DNA from: an uncultured Clostridia bacterium
GTDB lineage: Bacteria > Bacillota > Clostridia > TANB77 > CAG-508
Assembly: GCA_947631915.1 (NCBI GenBank)
Contig: CANRNC010000005.1
Location: 23,789 to 87,788, forward strand
DNA: 64,000 nt
Direction: 5' to 3'
How positions within the stretch are numbered: position 1 is the stretch's first letter; each line of letters opens with the position of its first letter. Of this stretch, positions 40,371-51,496 are shown piece by piece. The notes below the pieces were generated by a model. It was not told where the DNA came from, did no database searches, and saw nothing but the letters and a program-made list of their open reading frames with translations. The position numbers were made by a program, and so were the translations under genes.

Positions 40371-41330
40371 GTGATATTATCAGTAGTTTTAATTATTTTA
40401 GGATTTATATTACTAATAAAGGGAGCAGATCTTTTAGTTGATGGTGCAAGCAATATAGCAAAAAAATTTCATATTCCAGAAATAATAATAGGTTTAACAA
40501 TTGTTTCAATAGGCACATCAATGCCAGAATTATTTGTAAGTATAACATCAGCTATAGAAGGACGCCCAGACATGTCAATTGGTAATGTGATAGGAAGTAA
40601 TATATGTAATTTATTATTAATTATGGGATTATCTACAATGATTAAACCTGTTAAGTTTCAAAGGGAGACAAGATTGATTGAAATACCAATGTGTCTAGCA
40701 ATAACTATAATATTTATGATATTCTGCAATACTGGAGCACAAATATCTACAGTAGAAGGTATTATTTTACTTATATTGTTCATTTTATTTATATCATATA
40801 CAATAGTTATGGCAAAAAAAGGTGAACAATTTGATAAAGATGATACTATTATAGAAATTCAAACTGACAGTAAACAAGTATCAATGCTTAAAAGCATAGT
40901 ATTTATATTATTAGGTATAATAGGATTAAAAATTGGTGGGGACTTAACAGTAGATAATGCAGTAATTATTGCAGAGAGATTTGGAATAAGCGAAAAAATT
41001 ATTGGACTAACTATATTAGCAGTAGGGACAAGTTTGCCGGAACTAGTAACAAGTGTTACAGCAGCAATTAAAGGAAATAGTGATATAGCAATAGGAAACA
41101 TTATTGGATCAAATATTTTTAATATGCTACTTATAATTGGTGCTGTTTCAGTTATAAATCCAATATCATATAATCTTTCATATAATTTAGATATGATAAT
41201 ATTAACATTAGGAATAATTTTATTATCATTGTTTCCAATAATTCCACCTAAAAATGAAATGAGTAGATTTAATGGAGGTATATACTTTCTTTTCTATATA
41301 GTATATTTAGCAATATTATTTAATGTATAA
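40371..41330 (+). CDS. Na+/Ca2+ exchanger (CaCA family, YrbG-like)
   Basis: Two alpha-repeats GTSMPEL / GTSLPEL, ~10 TM; GTG start after RBS AAGGAGGA. Confidence 0.82.
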   Translation: MILSVVLIILGFILLIKGADLLVDGASNIAKKFHIPEIIIGLTIVSIGTSMPELFVSITSAIEGRPDMSIGNVIGSNICNLLLIMGLSTMIKPVKFQRETRLIEIPMCLAITIIFMIFCNTGAQISTVEGIILLILFILFISYTIVMAKKGEQFDKDDTIIEIQTDSKQVSMLKSIVFILLGIIGLKIGGDLTVDNAVIIAERFGISEKIIGLTILAVGTSLPELVTSVTAAIKGNSDIAIGNIIGSNIFNMLLIIGAVSVINPISYNLSYNLDMIILTLGIILLSLFPIIPPKNEMSRFNGGIYFLFYIVYLAILFNV

Positions 41331-41342
41331 ATAAAGAATTTG

Positions 41343-41364
41343 AGAGCACAATGCACTGTGCTCT
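41343..41364 (+). terminator. Probable terminator hairpin
   Basis: AGAGCACA-atgcac-TGTGCTCT; weak T-run. Confidence 0.4.
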
Positions 41365-41513
41365 TATAAATTATATCTTCATAATTATAGTTATATTAGT
41401 ATTAAACAATTAAGGATAGATAAAAATTATAAAAACTACTACACAAAAGCAATAAAATGTGATAGAATATATAAATAATGCAAAAAGAATTAATTTTAGA
41501 GGAGGAGAGACAT

Positions 41514-42239
41514 ATGTCAGGTCATTCAAAATGGCATAATATTCAGGCTAAAAAAGGAAAAGCTGATGCTGCGAGAGGAAAAGTATTTACAAAATTAGGA
41601 AGAGAATTATTAATAGCAGTAAAACAAGGAGGACCAGATCCAGCTGGAAATTCTAAATTAAAAGATGTTATAGCAAAATGCAAAGCTGCAAATATGCCAA
41701 ATGATACAATAAATAGTGCTATAAAGAGAGCTTCAGGAGAAGGAAGTAACGAGAACTATGAAGAAATTACATATGAGGGATATGGACCAAATGGAGTTGC
41801 TATTATAGTAAATGCAACAACAGATAACAGAAATAGAACAGCTGCTGATGTAAGACATGCTTTTGATAAAGCAGGAGGTTCTTTAGGAACTAATGGATGT
41901 GTATCATATATGTTTAATAGAAAAGGTATAATAATTATTGAGCAGGAAAGTACAAATATGAGTGAGGACGAACTAATGATGCTTGCTTTAGATTGCGGAG
42001 CAGACGATTTTGAAGTAGGAGAAGATTATTATGAGATAACCACTTCTCCAGAGAATTTTTCAGAGGTTAGAGAAAAATTAGAAGAAAATGGATTGCAGTT
42101 CGTTGAAGCAGATATTCAGATGGTACCAACTTCTTATATCAAATTAGATGAACACGGTTCAGAAGTTATGGAAAAACTATTAGATAGACTAGACGACCTA
42201 GATGATGTTGCAGAAGTATTTCATAATTGGGAAAGCTAA
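41514..42239 (+). CDS. yebC: YebC/PmpR-family transcriptional regulator
   Basis: MSGHSKWHNIQAKKG… start after RBS GAGGAGGAGAG. Confidence 0.9.
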   Translation: MSGHSKWHNIQAKKGKADAARGKVFTKLGRELLIAVKQGGPDPAGNSKLKDVIAKCKAANMPNDTINSAIKRASGEGSNENYEEITYEGYGPNGVAIIVNATTDNRNRTAADVRHAFDKAGGSLGTNGCVSYMFNRKGIIIIEQESTNMSEDELMMLALDCGADDFEVGEDYYEITTSPENFSEVREKLEENGLQFVEADIQMVPTSYIKLDEHGSEVMEKLLDRLDDLDDVAEVFHNWES

Positions 42240-42250
42240 TTAATAGGGTT

Positions 42251-42280
42251 AAGGCAGACAAGCGTCTGCCTTTTATTATA
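42251..42280 (+). terminator. Rho-independent terminator
   Basis: AAGGCAGAC-aagc-GTCTGCCTT + TTATTATA. Confidence 0.7.
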
Positions 42281-42360
42281 TAATCAATTATATATTGCAT
42301 AAAAATAGAAAATAATATAAAATACCTATATGAAAATAAATATTCAGGAAGGAATTAAGT

Positions 42361-43977
42361 ATGAAGAAGATTAACCTTTTGAAATATATATTTGTAATAT
42401 TTGTAATAGCACTAGTTATATATGCTATATATTTAAATAGAAAAGGAAACGAAGAAACAATTTATGAAAATGTATCTCAAGTTAAAGAAGAGAAAAATTT
42501 AACTACGATAACTACTTTAAGAGTTTCAGCTATTAATTTAGATACAATAAATCCAATAATTAGTAATAATCAAAATGTACAAGATATATCAAAATTAATA
42601 TATGAGCCAATGCTTTCAGTAACAGAAGATTATCAAATCGAAACATGCCTTGCAAAAGAATGGATAAGCTTAAGTGATACAGCTTATGTATTAGTCTTAA
42701 AAGAGGGAATTGCTTGGCAAAATGGAGGGCAACTTACAGCTAATGATGTAAAGTTCACCATAGAACAGATTCAAGCTGTGGGACCAAGTTCAATTTACTA
42801 TGCAAATGTAGAACATATATCAAAAGTAGAAATATTAAGTACGTATACTATAAAAATAACTATAGATAGCAAAATACCATTTTTTGAATATAATTTTACT
42901 TTTCCGATAATGTCGGCACAGTACTATGAAGGTGACTTCATTGGAACGAGCTTAAAAAATAATAATGCTCCGGGAACAGGAAAATATATGATTGGAAACA
43001 TAACAGGAACAGAAATAGAACTAAAGAGGAATAATACTTGGTGGGGGTTATCAGACGGAAAAAACTTATCATTAGATACTGTTTTAGTAAAACTTTATAC
43101 ATCAGCAGGTGAAGCATATAATGCCTTTAAATTAGGAAATCTGGATTTAATGACTACTCAAAGTCTAAATTATGAAGAATATATAGGAACAATGGGGTAT
43201 AGTACTACTGAATATATTGGAAGAGAATATGATTATTTAGCCTTAAATTGTTCTAGTTCTATATTAAAACATAAAGAATTGAGAAATGCAATTAATTGTG
43301 CAATAGATAAATCAAATATAATTACTTCAGTATATGGAAATAAATATTACACTACAGATTTTCCAATAAGTACATCAAATTTTTTATATAATGTTGAAAA
43401 GGTAAGTTCTAGCTATAATACGAACAAATCAAAAGAGTTGCTGGAAAATGCTGGGTGGGAATTTAGCAATGGATGTTGGCAAAAGTATGAAAATAGCTCA
43501 ACTATAATAGCAAGAGTAAATTTGGTAGTTAATACAGGTAATCCAAGTAGAGTGGCAGTAGCTGGAGAAATTCAAAAACAACTAGCAGAAGTAGGTATAA
43601 TTGTAAATGTGATAAATGCAAGTGATTCACAGTACAATAGATATTTATCAGAAAAAAACTATGATATGATTTTAACAGGAAAATTAATAGGAATAAGTCC
43701 TGATTTAACAAGTTATATAGGAGAAAATAATTTATCTAATTTTGAGGATCTAGAAGCTAGAGAGTTATTAAAAGAAATTGCAGATATGTCAGATAATTCA
43801 GATGAGTTAAAAAATAAATATAGACAACTTATTAGATTAATTGAGGAGGAAAAGCCATATATTAGTTTGTATTTTAATAGGGGGACAGTAATTTATACTC
43901 AAGATTTGCAAGGCAAAGTATCACCAAACTTCTATAATATATTTTATAATATAGAAGAATGGGTGAGGCAATACTAA
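42361..43977 (+). CDS. Solute-binding protein family 5 (Opp/Dpp/Nik-type), membrane-anchored, orphan
   Basis: N-terminal TM anchor instead of lipobox; SBP_bac_5-like layout; no permease/ATPase genes adjacent. Confidence 0.7.
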   Translation: MKKINLLKYIFVIFVIALVIYAIYLNRKGNEETIYENVSQVKEEKNLTTITTLRVSAINLDTINPIISNNQNVQDISKLIYEPMLSVTEDYQIETCLAKEWISLSDTAYVLVLKEGIAWQNGGQLTANDVKFTIEQIQAVGPSSIYYANVEHISKVEILSTYTIKITIDSKIPFFEYNFTFPIMSAQYYEGDFIGTSLKNNNAPGTGKYMIGNITGTEIELKRNNTWWGLSDGKNLSLDTVLVKLYTSAGEAYNAFKLGNLDLMTTQSLNYEEYIGTMGYSTTEYIGREYDYLALNCSSSILKHKELRNAINCAIDKSNIITSVYGNKYYTTDFPISTSNFLYNVEKVSSSYNTNKSKELLENAGWEFSNGCWQKYENSSTIIARVNLVVNTGNPSRVAVAGEIQKQLAEVGIIVNVINASDSQYNRYLSEKNYDMILTGKLIGISPDLTSYIGENNLSNFEDLEARELLKEIADMSDNSDELKNKYRQLIRLIEEEKPYISLYFNRGTVIYTQDLQGKVSPNFYNIFYNIEEWVRQY

Positions 43978-43993
43978 TTTTGCATTATATATA

Positions 43994-44022
43994 TTGACAC
44001 AGCTCAAAAAACTAGGTATAAT
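43994..44022 (+). promoter_or_regulatory. Sigma-A promoter TTGACA-17-TATAAT for tig
   Basis: Perfect consensus hexamers. Confidence 0.55.
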
Positions 44023-44065
44023 AATAGCATTAAAATTATATTAAGTAGAGAGGAAGATCAAAGAA

Positions 44066-45349
44066 ATGAGCATGAAATTTGAAAAAACAGAAAATGCAAA
44101 TGAATTAAAATTAGAATTTACAATAGAAGCGGAAAAATTTGAAAAAGCAATAAAAACAGTATATGCTAAAAGTTCAAAATATTTTAATATACCAGGATTT
44201 AGAAAGGGAAAAGCTCCATTTGAAATGGCAGAAAAAATGTATGGAACAGAGATATTCTATGAAGATGCTTTTAATGAAGTAGTTCCACCAATATTTGAAG
44301 AAGAATTAAAAGCCAATAATATTGAAGCTGTTAGTAAACCAGAAATTGATATTAAACAAATGGAAAAGGGAAAAGATTTAGTATTTACAGCAATTATTCA
44401 AACAAAACCAGAAGTAAAACTAGGAAAATATAAGGGTATACAACTAAAGAAAATAGAGTATACTGTATCTGATGAGGATATTAATAAAGAACTAAACTCA
44501 ATGGCAGAAAGAAATTCTAGATTAGTAGCAGTAGAAGATAGACCAGTTGAAAATAAAGACACAGTTGTAATGGATTTTAAAGGATTTGTTGATGGTAAGG
44601 AATTCGAAGGCGGAAAAGCTGAAAGATATGAATTAGAAATAGGAAGCAATACTTTTATCCCAGGATTTGAAGATCAAATGGTTGGAATGAAGATAGATGA
44701 AGAAAAGGACATTAATGTCAAGTTCCCAGAAGAATATTTTTCAGAGGAATTAAGAGGAAAAGATGCAACATTTAAGGTTATTGTGCATGAAATAAAGAAG
44801 AAGGAAATGCCAGAAATTAATGACGAGTTTGCAAAAGATACAAGTGAATTTGATACATTAGAAGAATTAAAAGCAAGCATCAAAGAAAAATTAGAAAACG
44901 AAAATACTAATAGAGCAAAATATGAGACAGAAGATGAAGCAATAAAAGCTGTATGTGATGATGCAGAAGTTGAAATACCAACAGGTATGATTGAAACAGA
45001 AATAGATAACATTATAAGAGATGTGGAAACGAGATTACAGTATCAAGGAATGAAATTAGATAATTATCTAAAAATGATTGGAAAAACAATGGAAGAATTC
45101 AGAAAAGAAAATGAAGAACAAGCAAAGATATCAGTAAAAAATAGATTAGTATTAGAAGCAATAGTAAAAGCTGAAAATATTGAAGCAGATGAAGATGCTG
45201 TTAATACTAAAGTTACAGAAATGGCTGGTGCATATGGAAAGACACCAGATGAATTAAAGAAAAACGAACAATTTATGAATTACGTTAAAAGTTTTATAGT
45301 CAATGAAAAAGTTGTAAAATTCATTGTCGATAATGCAAAAGTAAAATAA
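44066..45349 (+). CDS. tig: Trigger factor
   Basis: GFRKGKAP ribosome-binding motif, PPIase domain. Confidence 0.92.
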   Translation: MSMKFEKTENANELKLEFTIEAEKFEKAIKTVYAKSSKYFNIPGFRKGKAPFEMAEKMYGTEIFYEDAFNEVVPPIFEEELKANNIEAVSKPEIDIKQMEKGKDLVFTAIIQTKPEVKLGKYKGIQLKKIEYTVSDEDINKELNSMAERNSRLVAVEDRPVENKDTVVMDFKGFVDGKEFEGGKAERYELEIGSNTFIPGFEDQMVGMKIDEEKDINVKFPEEYFSEELRGKDATFKVIVHEIKKKEMPEINDEFAKDTSEFDTLEELKASIKEKLENENTNRAKYETEDEAIKAVCDDAEVEIPTGMIETEIDNIIRDVETRLQYQGMKLDNYLKMIGKTMEEFRKENEEQAKISVKNRLVLEAIVKAENIEADEDAVNTKVTEMAGAYGKTPDELKKNEQFMNYVKSFIVNEKVVKFIVDNAKVK

Positions 45350-45374
45350 AAGAATATAATAAGGAGGAAAACTA

Positions 45375-45983
45375 ATGTTAGATGAGAAAAATACTTTAAT
45401 ACCATATGTAATTGAACAAACAAATAAAGGTGAAAGATCATATGATATATATTCCAGATTATTAAAGGACAGAATAATATTTTTAGGAGAGGAAGTTGAC
45501 CAAGCAAGTGCAAATGTAATAGTGGCAGAATTATTATTTTTAGAGGCAGAAGACCCAGATAAAGAAATTTATTTATACATAAATAGTCCAGGAGGATCAA
45601 TAACAGCTGGTATGGCAATATATGATACTATTAATTATATCAAGTGTCCTGTATCAACAATATGTATTGGTATGGCAGCAAGCATGGGGGCAGTATTGTT
45701 AGCTTCAGGAACAAAAGGTAAACGTTATGCAACACCAAATTCAGAAATATTAATACATCAACCTTTAATAATGGGTGGAGGAATTCAAGGACAAACAACT
45801 GAAATAAAGATACATGCAGACCATATGGTAAAGACAAGAGAAAAATTAAATAAGATATTAAGTGAAAGAACAGGTCAACCATTAGATGTAATCAATAAAG
45901 ACACCGAAAGAGATAATTATATGACAGCTGAAGAGGCCTTAAAATATGGACTAATAGATGGAATAATGGAGAGACAAAAATAA
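45375..45983 (+). CDS. clpP: ATP-dependent Clp protease proteolytic subunit
   Basis: Catalytic triad context [11 protein letters not shown]. Confidence 0.96.
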   Translation: MLDEKNTLIPYVIEQTNKGERSYDIYSRLLKDRIIFLGEEVDQASANVIVAELLFLEAEDPDKEIYLYINSPGGSITAGMAIYDTINYIKCPVSTICIGMAASMGAVLLASGTKGKRYATPNSEILIHQPLIMGGGIQGQTTEIKIHADHMVKTREKLNKILSERTGQPLDVINKDTERDNYMTAEEALKYGLIDGIMERQK

Positions 45984-46015
45984 TATAAGAATTTTTTAGA
46001 TAGAGAAATTAGAGA

Positions 46016-46047
46016 TTGTAGGGACACATATATATGTGACCCTACAA
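46016..46047 (+). terminator. Long imperfect hairpin between clpP and clpX (attenuator/terminator candidate)
   Basis: 15-bp stem with single A-A mismatch; weak T-run, so likely partial terminator. Confidence 0.35.
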
Positions 46048-46132
46048 TGAAATTTTATAAAACTAAAGAATAAAGTATAAAATTGAAACCAAAAGAAACA
46101 ATAATAAAATATAATAAATAGGAGGCACGTTA

Positions 46133-47437
46133 ATGCCAAAGAGCAAAGAGAAAAATATAAAATGTTCATTTTGTGGAAAACCACAAAATGGCGTGAAAAG
46201 AATTATAGCAGGACCAGGAGTATATATATGTGACGAATGTATAGGCGTATGTAGAAATATATTAGATGAAGATGATCTAGAATATGATGATATGCAATAT
46301 ACCATTGAAGAAGATAAAAAAGAACTGCCAAATCCTAAAGAAATAAAGAGCATTTTAGATGATTATGTTATTGGTCAAGAAGATGCTAAAAAAACATTAG
46401 CAGTAGCTGTTTATAATCATTATAAGAGAATAAATAATCAGGAAGATATTGACGATGTGGAGATACAGAAAAGTAATGTTTTATTACTGGGACCTACTGG
46501 ATGTGGAAAAACTTTATTAGCACAGACTTTAGCTAAAATTTTAAATGTTCCATTTGCAATAGCAGATGCAACAACATTAACAGAAGCAGGATATGTGGGT
46601 GAAGATGTAGAAAATATTTTATTAAAATTAATTCAATCAGCAGATTATGATGTAGAAAAAGCAGAACAAGGAATTGTATATATAGATGAAATTGATAAAA
46701 TAACTAGAAAATCAGAAAACCCATCAATAACAAGAGATGTAAGCGGAGAAGGTGTACAACAATCACTTTTGAAAATTATTGAAGGAACAGTTGCTTCGGT
46801 TCCACCTCAAGGAGGCAGAAAGCATCCTCATCAAGAGCTAATTCAAATTAATACAGAAAATATTTTATTTATTTGTGGAGGAGCTTTTGAAGGATTAGAT
46901 AAAATTATAAATGAAAGAATCGGAAAAAAATTAATTGGTTTTGGGCAAGAGAAAGATAGCAAACAAGATGTTGATAAATATAAAGTTTATGAGGAACTTT
47001 TACCACAAGATTTATTGAAATTTGGATTGATTCCTGAATTCGTAGGAAGATTACCTATAGTAACTACATTAAGAGAGTTAAATAAAGATGCACTTATAAA
47101 AATAGTAACAGAACCAAAAAATGCTTTAGTAAAACAATATAAAAAATTATTAGAATTAGATGGAGTAGAATTAGAGTTTGAGGAAGATGCATTACAAGCT
47201 ATTGTAAATAAAGCAATAGAAAGAAATACAGGAGCAAGAGGTTTACGTTCTATTATAGAAGAAATAATGAGAGATATTATGTTTGATGTCCCTTCAAATA
47301 ATAAAATTGAAAAATGCATTATAACGAAGGAAACAGTTTTAAATCATGAACAACCTAAATTAGTTATAAACGAAAAGAAAGAATCAAAACCTAAAAAGAA
47401 GAAAGTAGTAGATAAAAGCAAGAAACAAAGTGCTTAA
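46133..47437 (+). CDS. clpX: ATP-dependent Clp protease ATP-binding subunit ClpX
   Basis: C4 zinc finger CSFCGK…CDEC, Walker A GPTGCGKT. Confidence 0.96.
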   Translation: MPKSKEKNIKCSFCGKPQNGVKRIIAGPGVYICDECIGVCRNILDEDDLEYDDMQYTIEEDKKELPNPKEIKSILDDYVIGQEDAKKTLAVAVYNHYKRINNQEDIDDVEIQKSNVLLLGPTGCGKTLLAQTLAKILNVPFAIADATTLTEAGYVGEDVENILLKLIQSADYDVEKAEQGIVYIDEIDKITRKSENPSITRDVSGEGVQQSLLKIIEGTVASVPPQGGRKHPHQELIQINTENILFICGGAFEGLDKIINERIGKKLIGFGQEKDSKQDVDKYKVYEELLPQDLLKFGLIPEFVGRLPIVTTLRELNKDALIKIVTEPKNALVKQYKKLLELDGVELEFEEDALQAIVNKAIERNTGARGLRSIIEEIMRDIMFDVPSNNKIEKCIITKETVLNHEQPKLVINEKKESKPKKKKVVDKSKKQSA

Positions 47438-47462
47438 AACTTTATCAAGGGGGGTAATATAG

Positions 47463-50400
47463 ATGTATAAAAAAGTTGAATTACAAAATGGATTTCCCGG
47501 AATGGAAAAAGAAGTTCTAAACATGTGGAAAGAAAAGGATATAATAGATAAGAACTTTAAGTTAAATGGAGATGGAGAATATTTTACCTTTTATGATGGA
47601 CCACCAACGGCTAATGGCAAACCACATGTAGGTCATATTTTAACAAGAGTCATGAAAGATATTATTCCAAGATATAAGGTAATGAAGGGCTATAAAGTAA
47701 TTCGTAAAGCTGGATGGGATACACAAGGATTACCAGTAGAACTAGAAATAGAGAAAAAACTTGGTATTTCTGGAAAAGCACAAATTGAAGAATATGGAGT
47801 AGAAAAATTTATTAAAGACTGTAAATCTAGTGTATTTAATTATGTTTCACTTTGGGAAAAAATGACAAATCAAATAGGTTATTGGGTTGATATGGAAAAT
47901 CCATATATAACATATCGTAATGAGTATATAGAGTCTATTTGGTGGGCAGTAAAACAAATGTGGGATAAAAAATTAGTATATCAAGGTCATAAAGTTATGC
48001 CATATTGTCCTAGATGTGGTACAGCTTTATCATCACATGAAGTTGCTCAAGGCTATAAAGATGTTAATGATATGACTTGTATAGCGAAATTTAAAGTAGC
48101 TGAAAATAAGTACATATTGGCGTGGACAACAACTCCATGGACTTTACCTTCAAATTTAGCACTATGTGTCAATAGGAACTTCACATATGTAGAAGCTAAA
48201 ATGAAAGAAGACATTGAACAAGACGAAAACTGTAATATGAAGTCAGGAGAAATATATATATTAGCAAAAGACCTTTGTGATACAATACTAGGTGAAGGAA
48301 AATATGAAATTGTAAAAGAGTTTAAAGGAGAAGAATTATTAGGAACAAAATACGAGCAATTATTGCCATTTGCAAAAGTTGATGGAAAAGCCTTTGAAGT
48401 AATACATGGTGATTATGTTAGTTTATCAGAAGGTACAGGAATAGTTCATATAGCACCTGCTTATGGTGAAGATGATAGTTTTGTTGCAAAACAAAATGGT
48501 ATTACATTTATAAATCTTGTTGACAAAGAAGGAAAATTTATAGATGAAGTTACTCCTTGGGCTGGAAAGAATGTTAGAAAATGTAATGAAAGCATAGTAG
48601 AATATTTAAAAAATATGAACCAGTTATTTAAGGCTGAAAGACACATGCACTCATATCCACACTGTTGGAGATGCGATACACCATTATTATATTATCCAAA
48701 AGAAAGCTGGTTTGTAGCTATGACTACATTAAAAGATGAACTTGTTGAAAATAATAACAAGATTCATTGGTATCCAGATACAATAAGAACAGGAAGATTT
48801 GGAAAATTTGTAGAAAATGTAATTGACTGGTGTATTTCAAGAGATAGATATTGGGGAACTCCACTTCCAATCTGGCAATGTGAATGTGGACATGAAGAAT
48901 GTATAGGAAGTATAGCGGAATTAAAAGAAAAGGGAATAAATGTACCAGAAGATATTGAACTTCATAAACCATATATAGATGACGTACATTTAAAATGTCC
49001 AAAGTGTGGAAAAGAAATGACTAGAGTTAAAGAGGTCATGGATTGTTGGTTTGATTCAGGTTCAATGCCTTTTGCACAACTTCATTACCCATTTGAAAAT
49101 AAGGAGTTATTTGAAAAGAATTTTCCAGCACAATTTATTTCAGAAGCAGTAGATCAAACAAGAGGTTGGTTCTATACATTACTTGCTGTATCAACAGCAG
49201 TGTTTGGAAAGTCAGCGTTTGAAAATTGTATAGTTCTAGGACATGTACTTGATAAAAAAGGACTAAAAATGTCTAAATCAAAAGGAAATGTAGTTGATCC
49301 ATTCGAAGTTATGGATGAAGAAGGAGCAGATGCTACAAGATGGCATTTCTATACTTCAAGTGCTCCGTGGTTACCAACTAGATTTTCTAAAGAAGATGTT
49401 GGAGAAACTTCAAGAAGGTTTTTGGGAACGTTATGGAATGTATATTCATTCTACATACTATATGCAGAGATAGACAAGATTAATCCATTAGAATATAAAG
49501 GATTTGTCTCAAAAAATGTAATGGATAAATGGATAATTTCAAAATTAAATACTTTAGTAAAATCGGTAGATGAGAAATTAGATGCTTATGATATAACAGG
49601 AGCTGCATTAGATATTGAAAATTTCACAGATGAACTTTCAAATTGGTATGTAAGAAGAAACAGAAGCAGATTTTGGGCTAACGCATTAACAGATGATAAA
49701 CTAGGAGCATTTGTAACTTTATATAGAGTTTTAGTAACACTATGTCAAGTTGCAGCACCATTTGTTCCATTTATAACAGAAAATATGTATCAAAATTTAG
49801 TAGTATCACTTGATTCAACAGCAAAAGAGAGTGTTCATTTGAACATGTGGCCTGAATACCATAAAGAAGAAGTAGATACAAAATTAGAAGAAGAAATGGA
49901 ACTAGCTTATAATTTAGTGAAATTAGGAAGAAGTGCAAGAAATTCTGCTAATATAAAAAACAGACAACCACTTTCCGAAATGTTAATATCAGAAAAAGCA
50001 ATTCCTGATTATTATGGAGATATAATAAAAGATGAATTAAATATTAAGAAAGTTGTTCTTGGAGCAGATTTATCAAAGTATGTAAACTTTAATATAATGC
50101 CTAATTTACCAATTTTAGGTAAAACTTATGGAAAACTAATTCCTGAAATAAAGAAATTTATTGCTTCTCAAAACCAAATGGAACTTGCTACAAAGATAAA
50201 GAATGGAGAATCAGTAATAGCCCAAATAGAAGGTACAGAAATTGAATTAAATGCTGAAAATCTAATTGTAACAATGCAAGGAATAGATGGATTTGCATTT
50301 GCAGGAACAGGAACATTAGGTGTAGTATTAGATACAACGATAACAGAAGAATTAAAAGAAGAAGGATATGTAAGAGAAATAATATCTAAAGTTCAAAATA

Positions 50401-50615
50401 TGAGAAAAGATAAAGGCTTTGAAGTATTAGATAGAATTACCTTATATGTAAGTGGAAATAAGAATTTAGAAGAAATTATACAAAAGAACAAAGAAATAAT
50501 TAAGAAAGAAACCTTAACAATAGAAATCGTATGTAATGCAGAAAGAAAAGAATATACAGAATGTAATATAAACGGAGAAAAAGTAAATATTGATGTTGAG
50601 GTTGTAAATCAATAG
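47463..50615 (+). CDS. ileS: Isoleucine--tRNA ligase (long, type-2-like)
   Basis: HIGH variant [13 protein letters not shown] (IleRS-characteristic), KMSKS; 1050 aa. Confidence 0.82.
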   Translation: MYKKVELQNGFPGMEKEVLNMWKEKDIIDKNFKLNGDGEYFTFYDGPPTANGKPHVGHILTRVMKDIIPRYKVMKGYKVIRKAGWDTQGLPVELEIEKKLGISGKAQIEEYGVEKFIKDCKSSVFNYVSLWEKMTNQIGYWVDMENPYITYRNEYIESIWWAVKQMWDKKLVYQGHKVMPYCPRCGTALSSHEVAQGYKDVNDMTCIAKFKVAENKYILAWTTTPWTLPSNLALCVNRNFTYVEAKMKEDIEQDENCNMKSGEIYILAKDLCDTILGEGKYEIVKEFKGEELLGTKYEQLLPFAKVDGKAFEVIHGDYVSLSEGTGIVHIAPAYGEDDSFVAKQNGITFINLVDKEGKFIDEVTPWAGKNVRKCNESIVEYLKNMNQLFKAERHMHSYPHCWRCDTPLLYYPKESWFVAMTTLKDELVENNNKIHWYPDTIRTGRFGKFVENVIDWCISRDRYWGTPLPIWQCECGHEECIGSIAELKEKGINVPEDIELHKPYIDDVHLKCPKCGKEMTRVKEVMDCWFDSGSMPFAQLHYPFENKELFEKNFPAQFISEAVDQTRGWFYTLLAVSTAVFGKSAFENCIVLGHVLDKKGLKMSKSKGNVVDPFEVMDEEGADATRWHFYTSSAPWLPTRFSKEDVGETSRRFLGTLWNVYSFYILYAEIDKINPLEYKGFVSKNVMDKWIISKLNTLVKSVDEKLDAYDITGAALDIENFTDELSNWYVRRNRSRFWANALTDDKLGAFVTLYRVLVTLCQVAAPFVPFITENMYQNLVVSLDSTAKESVHLNMWPEYHKEEVDTKLEEEMELAYNLVKLGRSARNSANIKNRQPLSEMLISEKAIPDYYGDIIKDELNIKKVVLGADLSKYVNFNIMPNLPILGKTYGKLIPEIKKFIASQNQMELATKIKNGESVIAQIEGTEIELNAENLIVTMQGIDGFAFAGTGTLGVVLDTTITEELKEEGYVREIISKVQNMRKDKGFEVLDRITLYVSGNKNLEEIIQKNKEIIKKETLTIEIVCNAERKEYTECNINGEKVNIDVEVVNQ

Positions 50616-50625
50616 GATTGCATGT

Positions 50626-50650
50626 GCGGACCTTGTGTCCGCCATTTTTA
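50626..50650 (+). terminator. Rho-independent terminator
   Basis: GCGGAC-cttgt-GTCCGC + CATTTTTA. Confidence 0.6.
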
Positions 50651-50681
50651 TATAGAATACTAATTAAAAGGAGGAAGAAAA

Positions 50682-51353
50682 TTGAAAGCGTTAGTAACTG
50701 GAGCGTCTTCAGGAATAGGTAGAGATATTTCAAGGGAATTATCTAAAAGAGGATATGATTTAGTAATAGTAGCAAGAAATTTAGAAAAACTACAACAGTT
50801 AAAGGCGGAGCTAAAAACGAATGTAGAAATTATATCAATGGATTTAACTAGTGAGAAAAACTGCAAAGAATTATATGAGAAGGCAAAGGACATAGACATA
50901 TTAGTAAATAATGCAGGATTAGGAGAATTTGGAAAATTCACAGAGACAGATTTAGATAAGGAATTAACAATAATAAATACTAATATAACAGCATTGCATA
51001 TATTAACAAAATTGTATTTAAAAGATATGACAAAAAGGAATGAAGGAAGAATATTAAATGTAGCATCAATAGCAGGATTCATGCCAGGACCATTAATGGC
51101 AACATATTATGCTTCAAAGGCTTATGTAGTAAGGCTATCAGAAGCAATAAGAGAAGAGTTAAATAAACAAAATTCAAATGTAAAGATAAGTTTACTTTGT
51201 CCAGGACCAGTAAAAACAAATTTTAATAATGTAGCAAATGTCAAATTTGAAATTAATTCATTAACAAGCGAATATGTGGCAAAATATGCAGTAGATAAAA
51301 TGCTAAAGAATAAATTTTATATAGTCCCTCGGAATTATGATCAAACTTGTTAA
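50682..51353 (+). CDS. SDR-family oxidoreductase
   Basis: TGASSGIGR, YxxxK (YYASKAY); TTG start after RBS AAGGAGGAAG. Confidence 0.72.
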   Translation: MKALVTGASSGIGRDISRELSKRGYDLVIVARNLEKLQQLKAELKTNVEIISMDLTSEKNCKELYEKAKDIDILVNNAGLGEFGKFTETDLDKELTIINTNITALHILTKLYLKDMTKRNEGRILNVASIAGFMPGPLMATYYASKAYVVRLSEAIREELNKQNSNVKISLLCPGPVKTNFNNVANVKFEINSLTSEYVAKYAVDKMLKNKFYIVPRNYDQTC

Positions 51354-51496
51354 ATTCTTTTCGAAAATGACACCAACTATTATATTATCTAAAATAGCAT
51401 ATCATATGCAAAAAAAGAAAAATAAAAAGGGTAAAGACTATTGACATTATGTGATATAATTAATAATTGTATAAAATAAGAAAGGATTGATAAATA

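Noticed and set aside
51455-51470. AT-rich near-palindrome as Zur box
   Set aside because: It lacks the CGTAAT/ATTACG core of Firmicute Zur boxes. Only a weak AT palindrome remains.
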